Part shown: positions 19,075 to 29,700 of the stretch, piece after piece
Layout of the letters: every line of letters starts with the position of its first letter
How positions within the stretch are numbered: position 1 is the first letter of the stretch
Assembly (NCBI GenBank): GCA_963743915.1
Contig: CAVURN010000001.1
Span: forward strand, 96,001-160,000
Direction of reading: 5' to 3'
DNA: 64,000 nucleotides
Source: an uncultured Actinomycetota bacterium
Lineage (GTDB): Bacteria; Actinomycetota; Actinomycetes; JAHEKZ01
Notes under the pieces: generated by a model
What the model was told of the DNA's origin: nothing
The model's input: only the letters and a program-made list of their open reading frames with translations
Databases searched by the model: none
Made by a program: the position numbers and the translations under genes

Positions 19075-19950
19075 TTAGAACTCGGCAGCGGCGGCTTCGG
19101 AGGCCTGCTTCGCGCGGTGGATCTGGATCCAGCTCGCGCCCCACTCGTCGTGGCCGAGCATCAGGTCGGCGCCCTTGACGGCGGTGACGACCTGCGGACT
19201 GCGGGCGTCCATGATCGCGCTGGTCAGGCCGGCACGCATCGCCATGGGCAGGAACACCGCGTTGAGGGTGTGCCGGTCGGGCATGCCGAACGACACGTTG
19301 GACGCCCCGAGCGTCATGTTCACGCCGATCTGCTCCCGGATCATGCTGATCGCCTCCATCGTCCGATCGGCGTGCAGCGAGTCGGCACCGATCGGCATGG
19401 CGAGCGGGTCGATCACGATGTCCTCGAGCGGGATCCCGTACTTGGTGGTGGCGATCTCCACGAACTTCTTGGTGAGCTCCACGCGGCGTACGGGGTCGAT
19501 GGGGATCTCGGTCTCGTCGTTGGGCAGGGCGATGATCGCGGCGTTGTGCCGCTTGACCAGCGGCAGGATCAGCTCCATGCGGTCGTCCTCGACGGTCACC
19601 GAGTTGACCAGCGCCTTGCCCTCGTAGGCGCCGAGCCCCGCCTCGAGTGCTTCGACGACGGAGGAGTCGATGCAGAGGGGCAGGTCGGTCAGCGACTGCA
19701 CCAGCTTCACGGCCTTGGCCAGGAGCTCGGCCTCGTCGGTGAGTGGGACCCCCATGTTGACGTCGAGCACCATCGCGCCGCCGGCCACCTGGGTGGCGAC
19801 GTCGGTCTCGACAGCGGAGAGGTCTCCTTCACGCAGCTGCTCCTGGAACTTCTTGCGGCCCGTGGGATTGATGCGCTCGCCGATGATGCAGAACGGCTGG
19901 TCGTCGCCGATGATGACCTGCTTGCTCGCCGAGCTGAGGACGGTGTGCAT
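19075..19950 (-). CDS. Pterin-binding methyl-THF:corrinoid methyltransferase (MeTr/AcsE or split-MetH folate domain)
   Basis: IIGERINPTGRK, LDVNMG, IDSS, VNS, IDPL, GASNVSFG motifs; AGGAG RBS before ATG 19950. Confidence 0.9.
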   Translation of the reverse strand: MHTVLSSASKQVIIGDDQPFCIIGERINPTGRKKFQEQLREGDLSAVETDVATQVAGGAMVLDVNMGVPLTDEAELLAKAVKLVQSLTDLPLCIDSSVVEALEAGLGAYEGKALVNSVTVEDDRMELILPLVKRHNAAIIALPNDETEIPIDPVRRVELTKKFVEIATTKYGIPLEDIVIDPLAMPIGADSLHADRTMEAISMIREQIGVNMTLGASNVSFGMPDRHTLNAVFLPMAMRAGLTSAIMDARSPQVVTAVKGADLMLGHDEWGASWIQIHRAKQASEAAAAEF

Positions 19951-19996
19951 GGTGCTCCTGTTCGTGCTGTTGCTGAGGGTCTGGGTGGCGCCGCGC

Positions 19997-20449
19997 CTAC
20001 TGCGGGCCGTGGAAAGGGGTCGTGAGCGGTCCTTCGTACTCGACCATCGAGTTCCGTGGTTCATCGTCGGCGTCCGCGACAGCCTCGCCACGCCACCCGG
20101 CAGGGGTCTGGCGGTCACGTCCGGTGAGCAGGTTGGTCCAGGACGCGTCGCCCTGCAACTCGTTGTTGACGGGTGGCCGCAGCTCGTGGATGTGCTCGCG
20201 CCAGGCCTTGGGCAGCAGGGGCAGGGTGCGACTGCGGTCCTCCGCCTTCACCCACACGCACCGCATCTCGGGGACGACCTCGCAGTGGCCGTCCTCGCGG
20301 ACGCCTCCGCACGGCCCGTTGCGGAGCGTCTTCGGGCACGTCATGGGGCAGGTCATGCCGGTGGAGTGCAGCACGCACTGACCGCACATGCGGCAGTCCC
20401 ACACGGGACCTTTGATCGCGTGCTCGATGAGCGGAAGGAGCTTGGCCAC
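19997..20449 (-). CDS. Methylene-THF reductase C-terminal-like (MetV-like) Cys-rich protein
   Basis: CRMCGQC...CPMTCPKTLRNGPCGG...CEV...CVW eight-Cys pattern. Confidence 0.85.
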   Translation of the reverse strand: MAKLLPLIEHAIKGPVWDCRMCGQCVLHSTGMTCPMTCPKTLRNGPCGGVREDGHCEVVPEMRCVWVKAEDRSRTLPLLPKAWREHIHELRPPVNNELQGDASWTNLLTGRDRQTPAGWRGEAVADADDEPRNSMVEYEGPLTTPFHGPQ

Positions 20450-20454
20450 GGACG

Positions 20455-21120
20455 TCAGGCGTTGGCCAGGGAGCGGCGGTGGCCGAGGAGCTCTTTGGCG
20501 CGGCGGACCGCGGTGGAGGCGTCAGCGGCGTACCCGTCAGCGCCGACCGCGTCGGCGTACTCCTGGGTCACCGGAGCACCCCCGACCATCACGATCACCT
20601 GATCACGCAACCCCGCCTTCTCCAACGCGTTGATGTTCGCCTTGAACATCGGCATCGTCGTGGTCAAGAACGCACTGAACCCCACAATGTCCGGGCGGTG
20701 CTCGGTGATCGCCTCCACGAACTTCTCCGGCGCCACCTGCACCCCCAGGTCGATCACCTCGAACCCCGCCCCCTCCAACATGATGTTCACCAAGTTCTTC
20801 CCGATGTCATGCACATCCCCCTTCACCGTGCCCATCAAGAACTTGCCCACCGTCTCCGCACCCGTGGCCGCCAACAACGGACGCAACACGTCCAACGCCC
20901 CACTCATCGCCTTACCCGCGATCAACATCTCCGGCACGAAGAAATCACCACGCTCGAACCGCGCCCCCACCTCCTCCAAAGACGGGATCAACGCCTCGAA
21001 CAACAACGTCTCCGGATCCATCCCCAACCCCAGACCCGCATTCGTCAGCTCCAACACCGCCGGCGCATTCCCCACCAACGTCTCATCGAACAGACCCTTC
21101 AAGATCTCCTCAGGCGTCAT
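20455..21120 (-). CDS. Stand-alone cobalamin-binding corrinoid protein (MtgC/MttC-like)
   Basis: Cap domain FFVPEML, GTVKGDVHDIGKN (DxHxxG), SAFLTTT, MVGGAPV. Confidence 0.95.
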   Translation of the reverse strand: MTPEEILKGLFDETLVGNAPAVLELTNAGLGLGMDPETLLFEALIPSLEEVGARFERGDFFVPEMLIAGKAMSGALDVLRPLLAATGAETVGKFLMGTVKGDVHDIGKNLVNIMLEGAGFEVIDLGVQVAPEKFVEAITEHRPDIVGFSAFLTTTMPMFKANINALEKAGLRDQVIVMVGGAPVTQEYADAVGADGYAADASTAVRRAKELLGHRRSLANA

Positions 21121-21893
21121 GCGACACCGACCTTCCGGTTGCGGGGGCGTTCGGTGGGATCCAGGCCGCGCGAGATGGCACGTGTCTCGGTGATGAGCAG
21201 GCGACCGACCCCCGCGATGCGGTTGCCGGTCAGACGAACGGACGGGCCGGTGACCGAGACGGCCGCCACGACGGCTCCGTCGCTGTCGGTGACCGGCGCG
21301 GCAATCGCCACGAGGCCGGGCTCGAGCTCGTTGTCGGCGACGGCGTAGCCGCGGCGACGGACTCCGTCCAGGTCGGCCTGCAGCCGCTCGTGGGTCGTGA
21401 GGGTGCGGTCGGTGCGTCGCTCGAGCCGGCCGCGCGGAACCGGGGTGGCGCCGTAGGCAAGGAACACTTTTCCGAGCGCCGAGCAGTGGAAGGGCACCTC
21501 GCGTCCGACCCAGTTGACGGCGCCGAGCAGGAACCGCGAGTCGACCTGAGCGATCTGCTCGACCGCGGTCGGGCCGGGAACGGCGAGGTTGACCGTTTCT
21601 CCGGTGAGCTCGCCCAGGCGGGCCAAGTGGGGCTGGGCCAGCCGCAGCAGGGCGTCGGCGCGTCCGGAACCTGCGTAGCGCGCGAGCACCGGTCCAGGGC
21701 GCACCGAGGCGTCGCTGCCCCGGCGGACCAGGCCGTGCCGCTCGAGGCTGGTCAGGATGCGCGACGCGGTGCTCTTGGGGAGCTCGGCGCTGGCAGCGAG
21801 CTCGGCGAAGGGCACCGGCCGATCTGCCTGGAGCACGGTGACGAGCAGGGTCGACGCACGGTCGACCGCCTGGGTGCCGGTGGGTGTCGCCAT
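21117..21893 (-). CDS. IclR family regulator
   Basis: GTQAVDRA, LPKSTASRIL, HCSALGK, GLVAIAAPV. Confidence 0.93.
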   Translation of the reverse strand: MATPTGTQAVDRASTLLVTVLQADRPVPFAELAASAELPKSTASRILTSLERHGLVRRGSDASVRPGPVLARYAGSGRADALLRLAQPHLARLGELTGETVNLAVPGPTAVEQIAQVDSRFLLGAVNWVGREVPFHCSALGKVFLAYGATPVPRGRLERRTDRTLTTHERLQADLDGVRRRGYAVADNELEPGLVAIAAPVTDSDGAVVAAVSVTGPSVRLTGNRIAGVGRLLITETRAISRGLDPTERPRNRKVGVA

Positions 21894-21958
21894 GGTGGGT
21901 CCTTCGTCGGGGTGGTGCCGGGTCGATCAGGGACGGTCACACGGAAATGGAACATCGA

Positions 21959-22002
21959 GTTCTACGATATGGAACCCCCGTTCCACGGATGGATAGTAGG
22001 AT
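21959..22002. promoter_or_regulatory. Tandem IclR-type operators and -10 box in the divergent iclR/mttB spacer
   Basis: GTTCTACGATATGGAAC (21959-21975), GTTCCACGGATGGA (from 21980), followed by TAGGAT (21997-22002). Confidence 0.5.
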
Positions 22003-22065
22003 TCCGACGCCCGGCCGGTCAAGGGATCGCGCCGTACTCGCTTCCGTGCCCTGGGAGGGTGATCG

Positions 22066-23505
22066 ATGTTCGTCAACCGGATGCCGCGCTACGAGATCCT
22101 GTCCGAGGACTCGATGGCCACGCTTGACCGCGGGTGGCGGCGCATCGTCAGTGAGATCGGCGTCGAGTTCATGAAGCCCGAGGCGGTCGAGATGTTCCGG
22201 GCCGCGGGGCAGGAGGTCGACGGCGACAACGTCAAGTTCGACCCCGAGTGGATCCTTGCCCAGGTGGCCAAGGCGCCGCGCGAGTTCGACCTGCAGGCAC
22301 GTAACCACGCCAACGACGTGCACATCGGCGGCGACCACATGGTCTTCTCGAGCGTCTACGGCCCGCCCTTTGTCCGCGACGGCGACGTGCGTCGGGACGC
22401 GACGCTCGAGGACTACCGCAACTTCGCCAAGCTGGCTCAGAGCTTCTCGGCGATGGACAGCGTCGGTGGCGTGGTGGCCGAGCCCAACGACGCCCCGCTC
22501 GACAGCCGTCACCTCGACATGCTCTACGCGACCATGACGCTGACGGACAAGATCTACATGGGCAACGTGGTGAGTGGCGTCAACGCCCGGGACACCATCG
22601 CCATGAGCGAGATCGTCTTCGGCGGCCGCGAGGCGATCGAGCAGACTCCGACGTCCATCTCGCTGATCAACTGCAACTCGCCGCTCCGCTGGGACGACCG
22701 CATGCTCGACGCCCAGTTCGAGTACTCGGCCGCCAACCAGCCGGTGATCCTCACGCCGTTCCTGCTCATGGGAGCGATGTCGCCGGTCACCATCCCGGCT
22801 GCGCTCGTCCAGCAGATCGCCGAGGCCCTCACAGGTATCGCCCTCAGCCAGCTGATTCGACCAGGTGCGCCGGTGGTCTTCGGTTCGTTCCTTTCCAACA
22901 TCGACATGCAGTCCGGGTCCCCCCAGTTCGGCACGCCGGAGTCGGCGATCGGGCTGCTCTGCACCGGCCAGATCGCCCGGCACTTCGGGCTGCCGTTCCG
23001 TGGCGGCGGCGGGCTCAACTCCTCGCAGGTGCCCGACGCCCAGGCGGCGTGGGAGGCGCTCATGACGATGATGCCGACGTTCCTGTCGGGCACGAACTTC
23101 GTGATGCACACCGCCGGCTGGCTCGAGGGCGGGCTCGTGTCCTGCTTCGAGAAGTACGTGATGGACGTGCAGGTGCTCGAGCTGCTCCAGAAGGAGTTCA
23201 CGCCGCTCGAGATCACCGAGGAGGACCTCGCCTTCGACGCCCACCTCGAGGTGGGCCACGGCGGTCACTTCCTCGGCGCCATGCACACGATGGAGCGCTT
23301 CCGCACCTGCTTCTACCGGCCCTGGCTGTCGACGTCGGACAACTTCGAGCGGTGGTCGCGCAACGGGGCGAAGGACACCGCCGCACGTGCGACGGAGATC
23401 TACCACCAGAAGATCGAGGAGTACGAGCAGCCTCCGCTCGACGACGCCGTCCGCGAGGAGCTCGAGGACTACGTCATCCGCCGCCGCGCCGAGCTCGGCG
23501 ACTGA
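22066..23505 (+). CDS. mttB: MttB-superfamily (COG5598) non-pyrrolysine methyltransferase, probable glycine betaine:corrinoid methyltransferase
   Basis: INCNSPLRWD, GAMSPVT, FGTPE, VPDAQAAWE, HTAGWLEGGL, GGHFLG; no in-frame amber codon. Confidence 0.9.
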   Translation: MFVNRMPRYEILSEDSMATLDRGWRRIVSEIGVEFMKPEAVEMFRAAGQEVDGDNVKFDPEWILAQVAKAPREFDLQARNHANDVHIGGDHMVFSSVYGPPFVRDGDVRRDATLEDYRNFAKLAQSFSAMDSVGGVVAEPNDAPLDSRHLDMLYATMTLTDKIYMGNVVSGVNARDTIAMSEIVFGGREAIEQTPTSISLINCNSPLRWDDRMLDAQFEYSAANQPVILTPFLLMGAMSPVTIPAALVQQIAEALTGIALSQLIRPGAPVVFGSFLSNIDMQSGSPQFGTPESAIGLLCTGQIARHFGLPFRGGGGLNSSQVPDAQAAWEALMTMMPTFLSGTNFVMHTAGWLEGGLVSCFEKYVMDVQVLELLQKEFTPLEITEEDLAFDAHLEVGHGGHFLGAMHTMERFRTCFYRPWLSTSDNFERWSRNGAKDTAARATEIYHQKIEEYEQPPLDDAVREELEDYVIRRRAELGD

Positions 23506-23529
23506 CTGAGCAGGTAACCGCCCAGCCCA

Positions 23530-23790
23530 CCGAGTGCGCGGCTGGTGGACGTCAAAGCCTGCCGAGTGCGCCCCTGGCTGCGTGCGGAGCAAGTCGAGTG
23601 CGCGCAGCGCACACGACGTCGCGGAGGAGCAGCCAGGGACGCACTCGGCTGCGGGGCACACGTGCCGCCGCCGACGTGGCCCGGTGCGGATGATGCTGCT
23701 GGAAGTGCCGCCATGGCGTCACTTCTCGCTACAACTCTGCGCGCACTCGACGCGCTCCACGCAGCCAGTGACGCACTCGGCTGCGGGGCA
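23530..23790. repeat. REP/MITE-like cluster of CGAGTGCG/CGCACTCG units
   Basis: CGAGTGCG at 23531, 23563, 23595 and CGCACTCG at 23640, 23742, 23772; 30-bp direct repeat 23629-23658/23761-23790 with 1 mismatch. Confidence 0.75.
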
Positions 23791-23798
23791 GGCAGGAA

Positions 23799-23836
23799 GT
23801 GAGGGGCCCGGTGGCGGTTGCCACCGGGCCCCTCAC
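23799..23836. terminator. Hairpin between convergent genes (bidirectional terminator candidate)
   Basis: Perfect 17-bp stem GTGAGGGGCCCGGTGGC-ggtt-GCCACCGGGCCCCTCAC. Confidence 0.75.
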
Positions 23837-23858
23837 GTCTGCTGGATCGATCAGATGA

Positions 23859-24830
23859 CTAGGGCAGCCAGGCCTCGACCTTGTCGGGGTTGTCGTCGAT
23901 CCACATCTGGGCTGCCTCTTCTTGAGACATCCCGTCCTCGGCGATGTACTTCGCGACCAGGTTCTGGTCGTCGTTCGTCCACTCGAAGTTCTGGACGAGG
24001 TCGGCGGCCGGGCTGCCGGACTCCATGAACTCCTTGCTGGCGATCTTGTCGAGGATGTACTCGGGGTAGTCACACGCGACCGTCTTCGGGTCGGCGTCGC
24101 AGCCCTCTTCGTAGGGCGGCAGGCTGACCTTGACGAGCGGAACCTCGGAGAGGAACCACTGCGGCTCGTAGAAGTACCCGATCAGGTACTCCTGGTTCTC
24201 CTCGGCCTGTCGGAACGCAGTGATCAGCGCTGCCTCGCTGCCGGCGTACACCACCTTGAAGTCGAGGTCGAGGTTCTCGATCAGCGCCTCGTCGTTGGTG
24301 ACGAATGACGGGTCACCGGCGAGGAACTGGCCCTGACCACCGGACTCCGACGTGGCGAACTCGTCGGCGTAGTCGTTGAGGTTCTCCCAGTCGAGCACGT
24401 CGGGCTCGGCCTCGGCCAGCCACGGCGGCACGTACCAGCCGATGTAGCCGATGTTGCCGTTCGGGCCGACCACGACTGCGGTTCCCTGGTCCTCGATGTA
24501 CTTCTTCTTGAGGTCCTCGTGACCCCAGTTCTCGATGACGACATCGACCTCGCCGGTGCCGAAGCCCTGCCAGGCGATCTCCTCCTTGAGGTCCTTGTAC
24601 CGGTGTCGCAGCCGAGCTCCTGGCTCGGCCACCTCGCCGACGACGTAGGCCGACGCCTCGTAGCCGACCCAGGGGTTGATCGCCATGTTGAACTCGCCGC
24701 AGTCGGCGGTTCCACCGTCGCCGCCGGTGTCGGTGCTCTCGATGTCCCCGCCGCCACAGGCGGCCAGGACCAGGCTGACGGCAGCCGCCATGGCTGCCGC
24801 GCGTCCGGCCCGTCTCTTGGTTACTCGCAC
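23859..24830 (-). CDS. Glycine betaine/choline ABC transporter substrate-binding lipoprotein (ProX/OpuAC family)
   Basis: AAGGAG RBS and GTG 24830, lipobox LAAC, NPWVGY, ENW, GWYVP, YFYEPQW; short compensated frameshift near 24600-24620. Confidence 0.88.
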   Translation of the reverse strand: MRVTKRRAGRAAAMAAAVSLVLAACGGGDIESTDTGGDGGTADCGEFNMAINPWVGYEASAYVVGEVAEPGARLRHRYKDLKEEIAWQGFGTGEVDVVIENWGHEDLKKKYIEDQGTAVVVGPNGNIGYIGWYVPPWLAEAEPDVLDWENLNDYADEFATSESGGQGQFLAGDPSFVTNDEALIENLDLDFKVVYAGSEAALITAFRQAEENQEYLIGYFYEPQWFLSEVPLVKVSLPPYEEGCDADPKTVACDYPEYILDKIASKEFMESGSPAADLVQNFEWTNDDQNLVAKYIAEDGMSQEEAAQMWIDDNPDKVEAWLP

Positions 24831-24871
24831 TCTTTGCTCCTTCTGTCGGGCCGCGGTCCTGCGGCTTGGGG

Positions 24872-26888
24872 TCAAGCGGTCTCGGCCCGCCCGTAGCGGG
24901 CGGCGGTGTGGACGGTGATGCGGTCGAGCATGACGCCCAGCGCGGTGATCGCGATGCCTGCAGCGAGGCCCTTGCCGAACAGCTGGGCCTGGGAGAAGCC
25001 GGCGACCACCAGGTAGCCGAGTCCGCCTCCCCCGACCAGTCCACCGATGACGACCATCGAGAGCACGAAGAGCAGGCCCTGGTTGGCGGACAGCACCATC
25101 GAGCCGCGAGACATCGGCAGCTGGACCTTGCCGATCATCTGCCACCTGTTGGTGCCGGCCGACTCCGCCGCCTCGACGGTGGTCGGAGAGACACCGCGGA
25201 TGCCGTCGGCGGCGATCTTGATGGCGACCGGTGCGGCGTAGGCGACCGCGGCCACGATGGCGAGGAACCGGCCAGCGCCGAAGAGCGCCAGAGCGGGGAT
25301 GAGGTACACGAAGGCGGGCAGGGTCTGCAGCATGTCGAGCACGGGTCGGATGAGGGCATCCACCCGCCGGCTGCGCCCCATCCATACGCCGACCACGACG
25401 CCGATGGACATGGTCATGAGAGCGGCGAGCAGCGTCATGGCGAGCGTCACCATGGAGTCGTACCAGAGCCCGGTGCCGAGGATGATCGCCAGCATGACCA
25501 CTGTGGCCCCAGAGCCCGACGGCCGCCCAGCAGGAAGGCGATGGCCAGGATCGCGAGCCGCGGTGATGAACCAAGGTGACTCGGCCAGCAGGTCCTGAAG
25601 CGGGTTCAGCAGGAGTGTTGGTCACGAAGTCCTTGATCCACTGGGTGATGTCGCGGAACGTGTCGACGAACCACTCGGAGAAGTCGTTGACCCCATCGGC
25701 GAGGGAGTCGCCCCAGTTCCAGTCGTCCGGGAACTCGGCGCAGCTGCAGGCTACTGGCGGGACAGGAAGACGCCGACGATCGCGATGCCACGCCGCCGCC
25801 GATGAGCATGATGCGCCGGAGCTGGGCGTTCTCGCGCCGGCGAGCCGCGGCCTCGGCGCGTTCTCCGGCGGCCGTGGTCATCCGGTCGAGCATGATCGCC
25901 AGGAGCACGAGGCAGAGGCCGGCGACAAAGGCACGCACCGACGTTCAGGATCTGCAGCGCCTTGAGATCGGGCACCCCGAGACCGGGGCCGTTGATCAGC
26001 GCGGCGATGACCGCCATCGACAAGGCCGCCATCGTGGTCTGGTTGAGACCCACCAGGATCGTGCGACGCGCCATGGGCAGCTGCACCTTGCGCAGCTGCT
26101 GTGCTGTCGGTCGAGCCGAGCGAGGTCGGTGGCCTCGATGGTCGTCGGTGAGACGGTCCGCAGACCGTGGGCGGAGATCCGCACCAATGGCGGCAGCGCG
26201 TAGATCAGCGTGGTCACGACGGCAGCGGCGGGACCGATGCCGAAGAAGAGCGCCAGCGGAGCCAGGTAGGCGAACGACGGCATGGTCTGCATCACGTCGA
26301 GCACCGGCGTGAGCGCCGCAGTTGCCGCCTTGCTGCGACTCATCCAGATCCCGAGCGGGATCCCGATCAGGACGCAGACCGCCACGGAGACCCCGGTGAT
26401 GATGAGCGTGTCGACGGTGTCTTCCCAGTAGCCGAGCGTGCCGCAGATCACCAGCGCGCCGGCCACGAGCAGTGCGCTTCGGACGCCGGCGATGGCGAGT
26501 GCCACCCAGGTCGAGATGGCCACGAGCCCGAGCCAGCCGATCACCGGTACCGGGCGCCCGTAGGCGGGGTCGACGAAGAGCTTCTGGAAGAACTCGACGA
26601 CCCAGTTGAAGGTCTCGCTGATCCAGTCGAAGGGGAGGAAGAGCGGGCTGCCCTCGAACTTGGCCTGGTCGACCCAGTCACGGACGTCGTTGAGCCAGAG
26701 CTGGAAGGAGTTGAGCTCAGCGACCGGGACCTGGAGAGTCCATTTGCCCCTCGAGCAGGAAGTAGCCGACCACGATCCAAGCGACCACCACGCCGAGCAG
26801 CAGCCACCAACGGCTGATCGCCTGGCGCTCGTGCCGGCTGGTGCTCCAGCGGCGTCTGCGGGTGCTCGATCTCGGCGAGCTGCGATCG

Positions 26889-26892
<4 letters not shown>
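24872..26892 (-). CDS. Betaine ABC transporter fused double permease (several frameshifts)
   Basis: Two ProW-type halves, [13 protein letters not shown] and [13 protein letters not shown], each with an EAA loop, spread over several frames. Confidence 0.82.
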
Positions 26893-27960
<1,068 letters not shown>

Positions 27961-27964
<4 letters not shown>

Positions 27965-29665
27965 GACGCGACTCCCTCGTTGTTGCGTGGGTCACCCGGT
28001 GGGTAGAGCGGAGTGCCCTCGCGGTAGCGGTAGAACGGCGCCTCCGACGGCGGAAGTGGGGTGTTGCCGGCGATCAGGTCGGCAGCCTTCTCGGCGAGCA
28101 TCATCACCGGGGCGTAGATGTTGCCGTTCGTGACGTAGGGGAACGAGCTGGCGTCGACGACCCGCAGCCCGTCGACGTCGTAGACGCTCATGCTGGTCGG
28201 GTCAAGCACGGCATCGTCGCCGACGCCCATCTTGGCGGTGCAGGAGGGGTGCAGCGCTGTCTCCGCGTCGTCGCGCACCCACTCGAGGATCTCGTCCTCG
28301 GTCTCGACGCCCTTGCCGGGCGAGAGCTCGCCGGCGTTGAACGGGTCGAACGCGGGCTGCGTGAGGATGGTGCGAGCCACCTGCACCGCCTCGACCCACT
28401 CGCGCTTGTCCTGGTCGGTCGACAGGTAGTTGAACTGCATCGACGGGTGCTCCAGCGGGTCCGTCGAGCGGATCTTCACCCAGCCGCGGGCGTCGGAGTA
28501 CATCGGACCGATGTGCACCTGGTATCCGTGCCCCTTGGTTGGCGAGGTGCCGTCGTAGCGGATGGCGATGGGCAGGAAGTGGAACATCAGGTTGGGGTAG
28601 TCGACGTCGTCGTTGCTGCGGCAGAAGCCGCCGCCCTCGAAGTGGTTGGTGGCGCCGAGGCCCTTGCGTGCGAAGAGCCACTGGGCGCCGATGCCGGGAC
28701 GCTTCCACCAGGCGAGCCCGGGAGCGATCGAGACGGGCAGCTTGCTGGAGTACTGGATGTAGACCTCGAGGTGGTCCTGCAGGTTGGCCCCCACGCCCGG
28801 TAGGTCGGCGACCACGTCGATCCCCGAGCGACCGCAGGTGCTCGGCATCGCCGACGCCGGAGAGCTGCATCAGCTGCGGGGTGTTGATGGCACCGCCGCA
28901 GAGGATGACCTCGCCGGCCTGCACGGAGCGCTTCATCTTGCCGGCCCGCAGGTACTCGACGCCGACCGCGCGCTTGCCGTCGAAGACCACCTTGGTGGCG
29001 TGCGCGAGCGTCTCGACGTCGAGGTTCTTGCGGTTCATGACCGGGTGCAGGTACGCACGCGCCGCGCTGAGCCGGCGTCCCCGGTGGATGTTGCGGTCGA
29101 ACTTGGCGAAACCCTCCTGTCGGTACCCGTTGACGTCGTCGGTGAGCGGGTAGCCGGCCTGCTGCGCCGCCTCGAAGAACGCCCCGAAGAGCGGGTTGGT
29201 CGCCGGACCGCGCTCCAGGACGAGGGGGCCGCTGCCGCCACGCCAGTCGTCCGCCCCGGCCAGGCACGTCTCCATGCGCTTGAAGTAGGGGAGGCAGTGG
29301 GCGAAGTCCCAGGTCTCCATGCCCTTGTCGGCGCCCCAGCGCTCGTAGTCCATGGGGTTGCCGCGCTGGAAGATCATGCCGTTGATGCTGCTCGAGCCGC
29401 CGAGCACCTTGCCGCGCGCGTGGAAGATGCGGCGGTTGTTCATGTACGGCTCGGGGTCGGTCTCGTACCGCCAGTCGTAGAGCCGACTGCCGATGGGGAA
29501 CGGCAGGGCGGCCGGCATGTGGATGAACGGGTCGAAGATGAAGTCAGACCGCCCCGCCTCGAGCACGAGCACCGAGGTGGAGGGGTCGGCGCTGAGCCGG
29601 TTGGCGATCGCCGACCCGGCCGAGCCGCCGCCGACGATGACGTAGTCGTACCGGTCGCCGCTCAT
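27961..29665 (-). CDS. betA: Choline dehydrogenase (frameshift near 28830)
   Basis: [53 protein letters not shown]. Confidence 0.92.
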
Positions 29666-29700
29666 CTGTCCTCCGTGGGGGTGAGGGTCGGTTCGGTCAC

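Noticed and set aside
19075-19950. Dihydropteroate synthase (folP) or intact metH
   Set aside because: GERINPTG and SNVSFG motifs plus the corrinoid neighbour indicate the methyltransferase pterin-binding domain; no homocysteine-binding or reactivation domain is in the window
22066-23505. Pyrrolysine-containing trimethylamine methyltransferase
   Set aside because: The ORF is open for 479 aa with no in-frame TAG, and no pyl genes are present; it is a non-Pyl member
23530-23790. CRISPR array
   Set aside because: Units are in mixed orientation, irregularly spaced, and no cas genes are present
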